The notes beneath the pieces are model-generated. The model made no database searches and had not been told where the DNA came from. It saw only the letters and a program-made list of their open reading frames with translations. From positions 206,654-270,653 of the IMG/VR virus record IMGVR_UViG_3300023283_000076: a stretch of DNA of 64,000 nt; one strand, 5' to 3'. Positions within the stretch are counted from its first letter, which is position 1. Each line of letters opens with the position of its first letter. The position numbers were made by a program, and so were the translations under genes. This DNA is from a virus (lineage: Duplodnaviria > Caudoviricetes). Below, one piece after another: positions 39,480 to 49,367 of the stretch.

Positions 39480-41192
39480 ATGGAAGATGATAAAAAAGTA
39501 GACTGTTTCCCCACAGAAGACGATGTTGTAAAGGATTGTCCTGACGATGGGGTTATAGGTCCAAACGATCCTACATTTGACGATCCCACTACAAATGATC
39601 CTTGTGCAGATAACGCTCAGAATCTACCGTGTCCTACGGAAGAGCCATGTTATCCATGGCAATTTACAAACTTCACACAAGAGGTTTGTTCAATTGAGGG
39701 ATACGTGGAAGAGTCTATTAACATCGGGGCTGCAGTGGTAAATGTTCATAAACTTCTTGGTATTCATGAACAAAAAAAATTAGTTGATGTAACGGGAATG
39801 GGGAAAGCTATTTCAAATGGTGATCATCCTAATTTCCCGGCAGACAACGCCTTTGACAAATATGATACTGAATGGAGATCTGAACAATTAGGAAAAGATG
39901 TTACACGCAAGGCATATATCGGTTATGATTTTGGACCAATACGGTTAGATAATGGAAGAGTCAGGTATTCTATAGAAACCTTTGTAAAAAAGAATGTAGC
40001 CACAATAAGATTCCAACAGGGTTGTGATGCAAAAAATAGAGTTACAAAGGTAAGACTAGAACGATCATATGACGGAGAAAAATGGTATGGAGTTTCTGCA
40101 ATCAAAATACCAGATTGCGAGGGTTTAGTAACAGTGCATTTTAAGTCTACTGCACCGGCAAGGTATTGGCGAGTTCGACCCTTGGCTTTTAACGGTGGTG
40201 ACAAAGATTATTGGGCAGTCAAGGCACTTCAATTATCTGAACATGAGAAAACGGACATAAGAAACATACAAGATAAAATATTTTTAGAAAATAGAGATAG
40301 AAAATATTCAAAAGATGTTATTCGGACAAAAGGATCGTATGCTCCTGTAGAATATTCGGCATTCTTATCAAAAATCGGAATGAATAGTCCATTTAATGCA
40401 GAACAATTCATTTTTGAATTTTCATTCAGACAAATAATTCGAGAAATTGGGAGACCCTTAGTTATAGGTGATATAATACAAATACCTAGCGAGACATATT
40501 TTAATACTTCATTGGACCCGAAGCTAAAATACCTTGAAATAACAAACGTAGCGTGGGCTACGACGGGTTTTAGTCCCCAATGGGTGCCCACTATGCTTAG
40601 AGCTATTGCGGAGCCTGCAATGGCTTCTAGAGAGACACAGGATGTATTTGGTAAACTGACCGAAGATTTGGATGAGCTAGGAACATCAGACACTAACGAC
40701 GGGAATAGAAGAAATAAAAATTATCAAGACATACATGATGTTTCTGACACAGTAGCGTCTGATGCAAATACACAAGTTCCCCATAGAGGGCAAGATTATG
40801 CCAACAAACAAAAATTAAGTAACGAATTAAAAGATTGGATAGAAACTAATTTAGATGGGAAAGACCCAAATAGACTAGATCGCAATCGTCACATATGGGG
40901 AATTGATGGCTTGCCCCCAAACGGTGAAGAATTTACCGAAGGAGAAAAATTCCCCGACAATCCAAAAGATAGAGATTACCATAGAATAACATATGATAGT
41001 ATTGACCGGAATCTTTCACCTGCACTATATAGGTTCTCAAAAGCAAAAAATAAATGGATTTACATGGAAACGGATTTGCGCCATGAATGGAAAGAAACGA
41101 AAGCAACTCTTACTAGCTTTTTAAACCCTGCTGGAGAAGATAAAGATTTTCGAAGTGATGTGGATGATATCGAAGGTAAACTGGATGAATAA
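39480..41192 (+). CDS. gp14: Neck protein gp14-like with inserted F5/8 type C (discoidin)-like domain
   Basis: Follows gp13; PLVIGDIIQIP...LEITNV; FPADNAFDKYDTEWRS...YIGYDFG...SYDGEKW...ARYWRV discoidin pattern. Confidence 0.75.
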   Translation: MEDDKKVDCFPTEDDVVKDCPDDGVIGPNDPTFDDPTTNDPCADNAQNLPCPTEEPCYPWQFTNFTQEVCSIEGYVEESINIGAAVVNVHKLLGIHEQKKLVDVTGMGKAISNGDHPNFPADNAFDKYDTEWRSEQLGKDVTRKAYIGYDFGPIRLDNGRVRYSIETFVKKNVATIRFQQGCDAKNRVTKVRLERSYDGEKWYGVSAIKIPDCEGLVTVHFKSTAPARYWRVRPLAFNGGDKDYWAVKALQLSEHEKTDIRNIQDKIFLENRDRKYSKDVIRTKGSYAPVEYSAFLSKIGMNSPFNAEQFIFEFSFRQIIREIGRPLVIGDIIQIPSETYFNTSLDPKLKYLEITNVAWATTGFSPQWVPTMLRAIAEPAMASRETQDVFGKLTEDLDELGTSDTNDGNRRNKNYQDIHDVSDTVASDANTQVPHRGQDYANKQKLSNELKDWIETNLDGKDPNRLDRNRHIWGIDGLPPNGEEFTEGEKFPDNPKDRDYHRITYDSIDRNLSPALYRFSKAKNKWIYMETDLRHEWKETKATLTSFLNPAGEDKDFRSDVDDIEGKLDE

Positions 41193-41203
41193 CCCCGACA
41201 CTC

Positions 41204-41232
41204 TTGCTAATTCCTAAATAATCCAGTATAAT
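41204..41232 (+). promoter_or_regulatory. sigma70-type promoter for helicase
   Basis: TTGCTA-17-TATAAT. Confidence 0.75.
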
Positions 41233-41260
41233 TCTCTGAGTCAATATTCAAAAGGATTTA

Positions 41261-42763
41261 ATGAATAATAAAAAACAAAAACATATTATTAATAATATGC
41301 TTAATTCTGTGGACCTTATGGGGCGATGTATTGATATTATTGAACCCACATTTTTTGACCCTGAATATATACCGCATATAAAATTTCTTTTAGATTATCA
41401 TATAAAATATAATACAAATCCGTCACCCGAATTGATGAATTCAGAAATCGATTCAGAAATTATATATGAAAAGTATACGATTCCCACAGATGAAATTGAA
41501 TATACTGCAGAAGAAGTTGAATCGTTTTGTAGACAATCTGCAATGCGAGATGCGATAACAGAAAGTTTTTCATTGATACAGGAAAACAATTTTGGTGAAG
41601 TATATAAAAAAGTTTCAGATGCATTAAACGTAAGTTTAAAAAAAGATTTGGGATTAGACGTATATGAAGATCCAGAAAATAGATTAAATAAAATGTTGGA
41701 AGAGTTGGATTATATCCCTTCAGGTATTAAAAGTTTAGATAATTTAATGGGTGATGGTGCACTAAGGAAACAATTTCAAATAGTATCAGCAAATTCAGGG
41801 GGAGGGAAATCGGTATTTTTGTCAAATATTGCCAACAATTATTCGTTACAAGGATTAGATGTTGTATACATATCTTTAGAATTACCACCAGAAATGATAT
41901 TTTTGCGGCAAGCTTATATTATGACTTCCTTTTCTCATCGTGTATGGAAAAGTAAAATACCAGAAATAGCTTCGAAAATGTCAGAGTTTAAAAAGTTCGG
42001 AGTTGGAAATTTTAGAATAGTGAGACTTCCAATAGGAAGCAATGCAAACGCAATACGCGCATATTTAAAGCAATATGAGATAGAATTCGAAAAAACACCT
42101 GACGCATTAATAGTTGATTATTTGGATCTAATGTCACCTATTTCAGGGGCAAAAAATAAAGGAATTTCAGAGCAAGACAAAGAAAAATCTGAAGAGATAT
42201 ATGAACTGCTTCATACATATGATATGATTGGTTGGTCTGCGTCTCAACAAAACAGAGACGCGTTAAAAATGAATTCGCCCGATCAGTCGGTAGTAGCAGG
42301 TGGGCTCTCAAAAGTTAATATATGTGATAATTGGATATCTGTTTATATGAGTGGGGAGATGCGGCTTGCGGGCGAGCTTATGATATTTATGTTAAAAACA
42401 AGATATGCAGATGGGCAACATCAGAGTTCTTTGTTATCGTTTGACGATGGTAGTTTAAAGATATCAGATCATGAAACTCCTGATAAATCTGAAGATTTGA
42501 TCCGTCAAATTGAGAAACGAAAAAATAATAAAAGTTCTTCGAAAGAGAAAGAGGTATTAGAGTCGGTGATTGATGCAAGAGAGATTGATTTACCCGGCGC
42601 ACAAAACGATGAAGAAACTAAGATAATAAATAACAGATTAGACCGTCTAAAAAAAGACCTAGTAGATTTTTCAGATGAAGATGATAATGAGCCAATACAC
42701 GAAAATCAAGATTTATTAGATCTTATAGAAAGTACAAATCATTTACAAACAAAGGATAGTTAA
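41261..42763 (+). CDS. gp41: Replicative DnaB-like helicase gp41
   Basis: SANSGGGKS Walker A, YISLEL, LIVDYLDL, WSASQQNR, KTRY. Confidence 0.92.
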   Translation: MNNKKQKHIINNMLNSVDLMGRCIDIIEPTFFDPEYIPHIKFLLDYHIKYNTNPSPELMNSEIDSEIIYEKYTIPTDEIEYTAEEVESFCRQSAMRDAITESFSLIQENNFGEVYKKVSDALNVSLKKDLGLDVYEDPENRLNKMLEELDYIPSGIKSLDNLMGDGALRKQFQIVSANSGGGKSVFLSNIANNYSLQGLDVVYISLELPPEMIFLRQAYIMTSFSHRVWKSKIPEIASKMSEFKKFGVGNFRIVRLPIGSNANAIRAYLKQYEIEFEKTPDALIVDYLDLMSPISGAKNKGISEQDKEKSEEIYELLHTYDMIGWSASQQNRDALKMNSPDQSVVAGGLSKVNICDNWISVYMSGEMRLAGELMIFMLKTRYADGQHQSSLLSFDDGSLKISDHETPDKSEDLIRQIEKRKNNKSSSKEKEVLESVIDAREIDLPGAQNDEETKIINNRLDRLKKDLVDFSDEDDNEPIHENQDLLDLIESTNHLQTKDS

Positions 42764-42764
42764 T

Positions 42765-43043
42765 ATGGCACTCGAATTAGAAAAAACACATTATTTCACA
42801 TTAGAAGATGGCACTAATATATTAGTATCACATCTTCCAGATTCAATAAAAGAGCAGGTTAAAATATATGATGAGATTAGAGAAAATTTCTTACAAAAAT
42901 CCTTCGAAGCTCAAGTATATAATCTAGCTAGCGAACAAAAACGGCTCCAGCTTAAAAAAATGCTTGAAAATTATTTAACCTCTGAAGAAACCGAAAGCAA
43001 AAAAGATCATACTGATACTAGAAATGCCGTAGATCAAGAATAA
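42765..43043 (+). CDS. Hypothetical protein
   Basis: 92 aa. Confidence 0.65.
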   Translation: MALELEKTHYFTLEDGTNILVSHLPDSIKEQVKIYDEIRENFLQKSFEAQVYNLASEQKRLQLKKMLENYLTSEETESKKDHTDTRNAVDQE

Positions 43044-43055
43044 CGCAAATATTTT

Positions 43056-43628
43056 TTGAAATATAATATAAAATGGAACATGCTTATGAATACTGAAACT
43101 GACGAAAGTGAAGAAGACTATAAAAACGTAGAAACTACAAAAAAAGCTCATGCGCTAGAAAAATGGTTAAACTTAGAAGAAGAGTCTACTGAAGTTGAAA
43201 AGGTTACATATAATTTCCCACGAAAAGAATCTAAACATTATGATTCAAAGGATCGTGAGATAGAAGAACAGGCCCACAAAATATTTGAAGAAGCAATGTC
43301 TGGCTATCTTAGCTTGGAAAGTTTATTATCCAGTATAGAACCCAAATACAGAGCACGAATGGCCGAAGTTGCTCTGGCGTATTTAAATACTGCTCTTGAT
43401 GCGACAGATACTAAAAATAAACAAAAAGAATCATTAGAAAAACTAAAACTCCAAAAAGAGAAATTACTAAGGGGCTCAGATAAATCTGATAGTACAGTAT
43501 TTGTTACTGCGGATAGAAATAAATTATTAAAAGAACTCCGTAAAGAATATGATAAGCGTAATGGGGTAATTGACATTAATTCAGACGATTCAGACGATTC
43601 AGACGAAGGAAATACTGAAAATGATTGA
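43056..43628 (+). CDS. gp16: Probable terminase small subunit gp16-like
   Basis: PKYRARMAEVA...LNTALDA...KLK and C-terminal FVTADRNKLLKEL parallel T4-type TerS patterns (PRAYEVA; FVGST-EL). Confidence 0.6.
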   Translation: MKYNIKWNMLMNTETDESEEDYKNVETTKKAHALEKWLNLEEESTEVEKVTYNFPRKESKHYDSKDREIEEQAHKIFEEAMSGYLSLESLLSSIEPKYRARMAEVALAYLNTALDATDTKNKQKESLEKLKLQKEKLLRGSDKSDSTVFVTADRNKLLKELRKEYDKRNGVIDINSDDSDDSDEGNTEND

Positions 43629-44436
43629 TGGTAATCATAGAAAGAATGAAATAATACGGTTAATTAAAGAATGTATAACATCGATGCGTGTAAGAAATGG
43701 ACAAATTGTAATTAATGAAGACGAATTTGCAGATGTGCGTGAATTTGTTCCAATAGTTAAATCATTGTGTAATTTTTTGGTCGAGTCTAATTTTGAAGAA
43801 GTATACTGTGAAAAGATAAATGATACTAATAATATTGTAATTTATAATGGAGATTCTGATTGTCTTGGAACATTATATAATATTATATGTTCTGATAGCA
43901 TGACATTTTCCGGAACAATAGGAGTTCGACAAATAGAAAAGGACGGTGGAATTTCCGCTCATCTTAATTATTTATCATTATTTTTAGAACCACGTGGGTT
44001 AGATTTTTTAGAAAACAACTTTAATGTAAAAAAAGATTTCCCCAGAACAGAAAATGATGTTATAGATGTTTATATGAATCTATACAAAGTATTACGAAGA
44101 TATTTTGAAACCTTTCCCATGGCAATGTATTCGTTGATGACAGGAATTAAAAGGGTATATAGTCTACCAAACAGTGGAATAATAATAAACCCAACCAATT
44201 TTGAAATTGTAGATTTTAAAAATTTTAAAAATGTAAATTTAATAAACTTTTCACATGAATCTTTTACATATGAGTTATCAAAAAATACTCCCCACTTGAA
44301 AATATGTTTTGAAGGCATTAAACTAATGAATCTTAGAACAAAAATAGATTATAAAAGTAAAAAGTTTAGACTACGTTTTATGATGGAAACGGGAAAAAAC
44401 TTTTTTAAAATATTTGAAAAATTATCGGAGATATAA
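43621..44436 (+). CDS. Hypothetical protein
   Basis: Long ORF; ATG at 43621 overlapping upstream stop preferred over 43570. Confidence 0.65.
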   Translation: MIDGNHRKNEIIRLIKECITSMRVRNGQIVINEDEFADVREFVPIVKSLCNFLVESNFEEVYCEKINDTNNIVIYNGDSDCLGTLYNIICSDSMTFSGTIGVRQIEKDGGISAHLNYLSLFLEPRGLDFLENNFNVKKDFPRTENDVIDVYMNLYKVLRRYFETFPMAMYSLMTGIKRVYSLPNSGIIINPTNFEIVDFKNFKNVNLINFSHESFTYELSKNTPHLKICFEGIKLMNLRTKIDYKSKKFRLRFMMETGKNFFKIFEKLSEI

Positions 44437-44439
44437 TAT

Positions 44440-46146
44440 ATGGCGCTTAAAAGATTTGAAAATATGGAAGACTTTCTAGCTAAGTATAAAGCGGCTAACA
44501 AGTCAAAGCTTAGAATTGAAGAATTGGCTTACATAATGAATGTAAAGCCGGATACTATAGCTAGAAGGAAAATATCAGTCAAACACCACATGGGAATTGA
44601 ACTCCCACAATTAAAACGGTATGGGGGTGATTTGAAAAAAGTAAATTCTGTTATTCCTTCAGAAGAAAGCAATGAAAAATTTTGCGCCGCACTGGAAAAG
44701 CTTAGAGAAGCTAGTGAAACTTTTGTAGTTGAAGAGAAAAAAGAAAGGCGTAAGATTTATGTAATAACATCTGCACAAAATGCTACTCCTATATTTACAA
44801 ACTTCTTACAATCCATAAAAGTTTATCTCAAGGAACGGGGTGCTGAACTTATGATCATCCCCAATAGATATCGAAACCCAACATCAATCTGGTCTGATAT
44901 GAATAAAGATAATGAATGGTGGGATCATCGGATACAAAAATATCTAGTCGATAAACGAGTTAGACTCAATAATAATATTGATGTAATGGGAAATATAAAA
45001 ATACAGCCTACTGCAGTTAATCCATTAGGCGGTTTTGAAACTTACACAGGAGAGTCTTCTGCTATATTTGGTCATCCGTCAATTCAATTAAAGAGTGTCC
45101 CGACCCCTGCTAAATCTATGGCTAAAATACTTTCCACCACAGGTTCAATAACACAACCTAATTATACAGATAGTAAAGCAGGTCATAAAGGCGAGTTTAA
45201 CCACTGTTATGCTGCGGCTATTGTAGAAATAGATAATGGGGCCTTTTATACTAGACATATTCATGCAAACAAAAATGGAGAATTTTATGATTTGGACCGA
45301 TATTATACTGCTAATGGCTCTACTAAAGTAGAGTCCATTCCTGCCCTTATAACAGGAGACATACATGCAGCATTTCATGATGAGGAAGTAGAAAAAGCAA
45401 CATATACTAATAATGATTCTATAGTTAACACATTGAAACCGGAAAATTGGGTTATTCATGATTTAGAAGATTTTTATTCTAGAAATCACCATCATAAAGA
45501 TAATGATATATTAGCGTTTGGGAAACATCACTTTAACAAACGAGACAATGTTGAAGAGAGTTTGCAAATTTCAGCAGATTTTGTTGATAGACATTCCAGA
45601 CCTTTTATGAAAAATATAATTGTTAGGTCCAACCATGACGAAGCATTCGACCGATGGTTAAAAGAAGCTGATCCTAAAAAAGACCCTGAGAACGCTCTTT
45701 TTTATCATTATATGAAATATCATCAATATAAAAATGTGGTAGAAACGTCTACCAGTTATAAAACCATAGATGCGTTTGAATTTTGGTGTAAACATCCAGA
45801 TTCATGTAGGGGACTAGAAAATATAGAAAACACTACATTTCTTAGTAGAGATGAAAGAGATCCTAAAAGAGTTATAAAAGGAATAGAAATAGGTTACCAT
45901 GGCGATGAGGGGCCTAATGGAACACGGGGAACTTTAAATAATTTATCTAAAATAGGACCTAAAATCGTTATTGGTCATAGTCATTCCCCCGGAATACTGA
46001 ATGGAACATATCAGGTAGGTGTTAGTGCTAGAACCGATCTAGAGTATGCTTCTGGTCCCTCAAGTTGGCTCCATACTCATTGTCTAATATATCCTGATGG
46101 GCATAGAACACTAATACATATAGTAAAGGAGAAATGGAGATTATAA
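44440..46146 (+). CDS. Calcineurin-like metallophosphoesterase with N-terminal HTH-like region
   Basis: GDIH, HD, SNHD, YHGD and GHSH metal-binding motifs; IEELAYIMNVKPDTIARR HTH-like. Confidence 0.8.
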   Translation: MALKRFENMEDFLAKYKAANKSKLRIEELAYIMNVKPDTIARRKISVKHHMGIELPQLKRYGGDLKKVNSVIPSEESNEKFCAALEKLREASETFVVEEKKERRKIYVITSAQNATPIFTNFLQSIKVYLKERGAELMIIPNRYRNPTSIWSDMNKDNEWWDHRIQKYLVDKRVRLNNNIDVMGNIKIQPTAVNPLGGFETYTGESSAIFGHPSIQLKSVPTPAKSMAKILSTTGSITQPNYTDSKAGHKGEFNHCYAAAIVEIDNGAFYTRHIHANKNGEFYDLDRYYTANGSTKVESIPALITGDIHAAFHDEEVEKATYTNNDSIVNTLKPENWVIHDLEDFYSRNHHHKDNDILAFGKHHFNKRDNVEESLQISADFVDRHSRPFMKNIIVRSNHDEAFDRWLKEADPKKDPENALFYHYMKYHQYKNVVETSTSYKTIDAFEFWCKHPDSCRGLENIENTTFLSRDERDPKRVIKGIEIGYHGDEGPNGTRGTLNNLSKIGPKIVIGHSHSPGILNGTYQVGVSARTDLEYASGPSSWLHTHCLIYPDGHRTLIHIVKEKWRL

Positions 46147-46147
46147 A

Positions 46148-47086
46148 ATGAATAAACGTAAACTAGGGAAAGATTTATATCATGTAAAAGTAGATTTCTC
46201 TGATAGATGGGAAAAAATACCAATTACTAAAAAGGAAAAATATTTAGATCGTTTACGACTAAGTTTAAAACACAATTTTCCAGAGTACTCGTGGATAGTG
46301 ACGGATGAGAGGATAAATATAGAAAGTATTTCTCCAATCGACGCACCAGAACTTTATGAAGTGGATGAATTATACAACCATCAGAAGCTTATGTTAGATA
46401 ACATGAAATCTGATGGTAATACTATTATTGAAACGTCCAGACAATCAGGGTCAACTCATGTATTATTAGAGTATATTAAACATATATTAGAAAATAACGA
46501 AGGGTATTTAATTCGTTATACGGGGTCACCGAGACGGGCTGATGTATTACATATGTTACACGAAAAGCTTAATCCAACATTAGTAAGCCAAACTAATAGC
46601 ACGTTAACTTTTTTCACAACCGGAACCTATAAGCCTAATAAAGTACATGTGTTATCTCCTGATACACATCATATGGATCATAGTGATATTAGGGGATGTT
46701 CCTATAATGGTGTAATAGATGTTTATGATAATAATAGAATCATTGACTCGCAATTTTGGGAAAGATTAAAAAAATCGAATGATGTATTATGTCATTTTGC
46801 TTGTAATGGCAACTTTAAATTTATATTAACACGCACTGGACAACCAGATCCTACATATAGAAAAATATTATTGACCGGAAGACTTAATGATTTATATTTT
46901 GCAAATAGATTAAAATTAGATTATACCGAGATTGCTTTACTGAACAAAGATCAGGAAAATCCACCAGATGCTCTACCGAATATGTTTAGAAATCAAAAAT
47001 ATTCAGAACTAAAATATCAAATCGGGGAAAAATGCTTTAACCGGGAACATAGATTGCACTTAGATTTAGATGGGGGACACTACTAA
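46148..47086 (+). CDS. Degenerate paralogue of the terminase large-subunit ATPase domain
   Basis: LYNHQKLMLDNMKSDGNTIIETSRQSGST aligns to adjacent TerL LYDYQEDMVDLYNSDDDVIIMSARQTGKT; further matches DIRG/SGRG, SQFW/EKFW, QIGEKCFNREH/KIGKRKWYQEY. Confidence 0.7.
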   Translation: MNKRKLGKDLYHVKVDFSDRWEKIPITKKEKYLDRLRLSLKHNFPEYSWIVTDERINIESISPIDAPELYEVDELYNHQKLMLDNMKSDGNTIIETSRQSGSTHVLLEYIKHILENNEGYLIRYTGSPRRADVLHMLHEKLNPTLVSQTNSTLTFFTTGTYKPNKVHVLSPDTHHMDHSDIRGCSYNGVIDVYDNNRIIDSQFWERLKKSNDVLCHFACNGNFKFILTRTGQPDPTYRKILLTGRLNDLYFANRLKLDYTEIALLNKDQENPPDALPNMFRNQKYSELKYQIGEKCFNREHRLHLDLDGGHY

Positions 47087-47115
47087 GTCTCCATATATCG
47101 ACTAGATAAATGTTT

Positions 47116-47123
47116 AATAAATA
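47116..47123 (+). promoter_or_regulatory. Late promoter AATAAATA
   Basis: 25 nt upstream of TerL ATG. Confidence 0.55.
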
Positions 47124-47148
47124 TCTGTGACCCTTCATAGATATTTGC

Positions 47149-48738
47149 ATGAGTAGACGTAGAGACCCTAGACTAAAAAAAGCACATGAAGAAGTAGAAT
47201 TTGATCAGAGCATGGTCAGAGAACTCATGCGCTGTTCTACTGATCCAAAGTATTTCATAAAAAATTATATCAAGGTTAAGCACCCTAAAAGGGGTAAAAT
47301 TCCTTTTTCATTGTATGACTATCAAGAAGATATGGTAGATCTTTATAATAGTGATGATGATGTAATTATAATGAGTGCTAGACAGACAGGTAAAACCGAA
47401 TCAATTTGTGCCTATCTTCTTTGGTATGCAATATTTAATGAAGATGTAACAATTTTGGTAGTCTCTAACAACTCTACTAATGCAATGGAAATAATTTCAA
47501 AAGTTCAATATGCATATAAAGAATTGGATAATTGGATTAAACCCGGAATTGACGATGATTCATGGAACAAGCACGAATGTAAATTTGATAATGGTTCACG
47601 GATAGTTTCTACTACTACCACTGAAGATTCTGGTCGAGGTATGGCGATATCGTTATTGTATTGTGATGAATTGAGTTTCGTTAAATCCAGCATACAAGAA
47701 AAATTTTGGACTTCTATATCTCCCACTCTTGCCACTGGAGGAAAATGCATAATATCCTCTACCCCAAACGGAAATTCTAATTTATTTGCTGAATTGTGGA
47801 GAGGGGCAACCAATGGCATAAATTCTTTTAAATATAAACATGTTCCATGGGATGCCCCACCGGGCAGGGATGAAGAATTTAAACATCAGCAAATAGGAAA
47901 GATCGGTAAAAGAAAATGGTATCAAGAGTATGAATGTCGCTTTTTATCAGAAGATCATACTCTTATTGATACCATGATTATCAACAACATTGAAAATGAA
48001 ATGGATGTGAAATATAAGGATAATGATGGAGAGCCGCCAGTAGCATTTGAAATAGGAGACTTACAATTCTTTAAGAAAGTAAATAAATCCATGGCTTATT
48101 TAGTATCAGTTGACGTGGCTTCTGGAGTAGGAAATGATTATTCCGTTATAGAGGTGACTGAATTTCCTAGTATGGAACAAGTTTTAGAATTCAGGTCTAA
48201 TGATACGAACGAGAAATTTTTATATTCTAGACTTAAAAATATTTTACTCTTCTTACAACAAAATAGTAAAGAGGTTTATTTTTCCGTCGAAAATAACGGG
48301 CTAGGGGCTAGTATACTAGCCCTGTATGAATACGACGAGAAACCACCACAATCTGCATATTTGATCTCTGACAGTAATAGTAAACGTTTAGGACTCTCAA
48401 TGTCAGAGTCTACTAAACGAACAGCTAGCATGAAGTTAAAAAACATGATTGAAACTAGATCATATAAGTTTTATTCTAAACAAATAATTAAAGAATTAAA
48501 AAGTTATACCCGTCAAGGAGCTAATTTTAAAGCAGAGACGGGCTCTACGGACGATACGATATCAGCATTATTGATTTTAATGAGAATGCTAGAAGAAATG
48601 GCCGATTATAATGCATATGCGTTTGATAAATTATATAATATAAAAGGACAAGATGTACAACAAGAGAACTTTGACGATGAGTTTGTTGACAATCCCGAAA
48701 CATTAGATGATATGCCGATGCCTATTAGTATAGGTTAA
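47149..48738 (+). CDS. gp17: Terminase large subunit gp17
   Basis: ARQTGKT, LYCDE, SSTPNG, VDVASG..NDYS, VENNGLG, TDD nuclease motif. Confidence 0.97.
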   Translation: MSRRRDPRLKKAHEEVEFDQSMVRELMRCSTDPKYFIKNYIKVKHPKRGKIPFSLYDYQEDMVDLYNSDDDVIIMSARQTGKTESICAYLLWYAIFNEDVTILVVSNNSTNAMEIISKVQYAYKELDNWIKPGIDDDSWNKHECKFDNGSRIVSTTTTEDSGRGMAISLLYCDELSFVKSSIQEKFWTSISPTLATGGKCIISSTPNGNSNLFAELWRGATNGINSFKYKHVPWDAPPGRDEEFKHQQIGKIGKRKWYQEYECRFLSEDHTLIDTMIINNIENEMDVKYKDNDGEPPVAFEIGDLQFFKKVNKSMAYLVSVDVASGVGNDYSVIEVTEFPSMEQVLEFRSNDTNEKFLYSRLKNILLFLQQNSKEVYFSVENNGLGASILALYEYDEKPPQSAYLISDSNSKRLGLSMSESTKRTASMKLKNMIETRSYKFYSKQIIKELKSYTRQGANFKAETGSTDDTISALLILMRMLEEMADYNAYAFDKLYNIKGQDVQQENFDDEFVDNPETLDDMPMPISIG

Positions 48739-48743
48739 AAAAA

Positions 48744-48751
48744 TATAAATA
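48744..48751 (+). promoter_or_regulatory. Late promoter TATAAATA
   Basis: 31 nt upstream of ATG at 48783. Confidence 0.65.
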
Positions 48752-48782
48752 GATTATACAATACACAAATTAAAATATATAA

Positions 48783-49334
48783 ATGAAACTAGAGTCTTTA
48801 TTTTTAATTGAGCGAACCATGGCGTCGTTAATATCCATTACGAAAAACTCTTTTGGAAGCAGTAGAGAAAATGACGCAAATAAGGTTCAAGTGAAAGATG
48901 TAGAATATATACCCTTTGTAGAAGAGGGGATAATACAAGTAAAAGCAAAAACGTTTAGTGGTCCAGATTCAAATGAATATCAAAGCATAATACTAATTGA
49001 GGATATAGAATATATTAATGAAGAAGAATTTAATGAAATGTCTGGTAACGCAGGATTTGAAATTACGTCGCCAGATGGTACCCCATTCTATATTAAAGAC
49101 GCCCAAACCAATAATGACGTAAAAGTGCGGTGTAGTTGTGAGGATTTTCGATGGAGGTTTGCTACATATAATCATAAGGACAATAGTTTATATGGTAACT
49201 CACCAGAAGCATATGCAAAAAAAACAGATAGACCTTCGGTAAATCCTACTAATAGTCCCGGAGTTTGTAAGCATTTAATAAAACTTAAAAAAGAATTAGA
49301 AAGAGAAGATTTTTTTAGAACGTTATTGCATTGA
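48783..49334 (+). CDS. SWIM-type zinc-finger protein
   Basis: VRCSCEDF...GVCKHL (CxC-n-CxH). Confidence 0.75.
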   Translation: MKLESLFLIERTMASLISITKNSFGSSRENDANKVQVKDVEYIPFVEEGIIQVKAKTFSGPDSNEYQSIILIEDIEYINEEEFNEMSGNAGFEITSPDGTPFYIKDAQTNNDVKVRCSCEDFRWRFATYNHKDNSLYGNSPEAYAKKTDRPSVNPTNSPGVCKHLIKLKKELEREDFFRTLLH

Positions 49335-49354
49335 TATGTTCAAGACAGTATAAT
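49326..49354 (+). promoter_or_regulatory. sigma70-type promoter for SSB
   Basis: TTGCAT-17-TATAAT. Confidence 0.8.
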
Positions 49355-49367
49355 GTTCTCAAAATTT

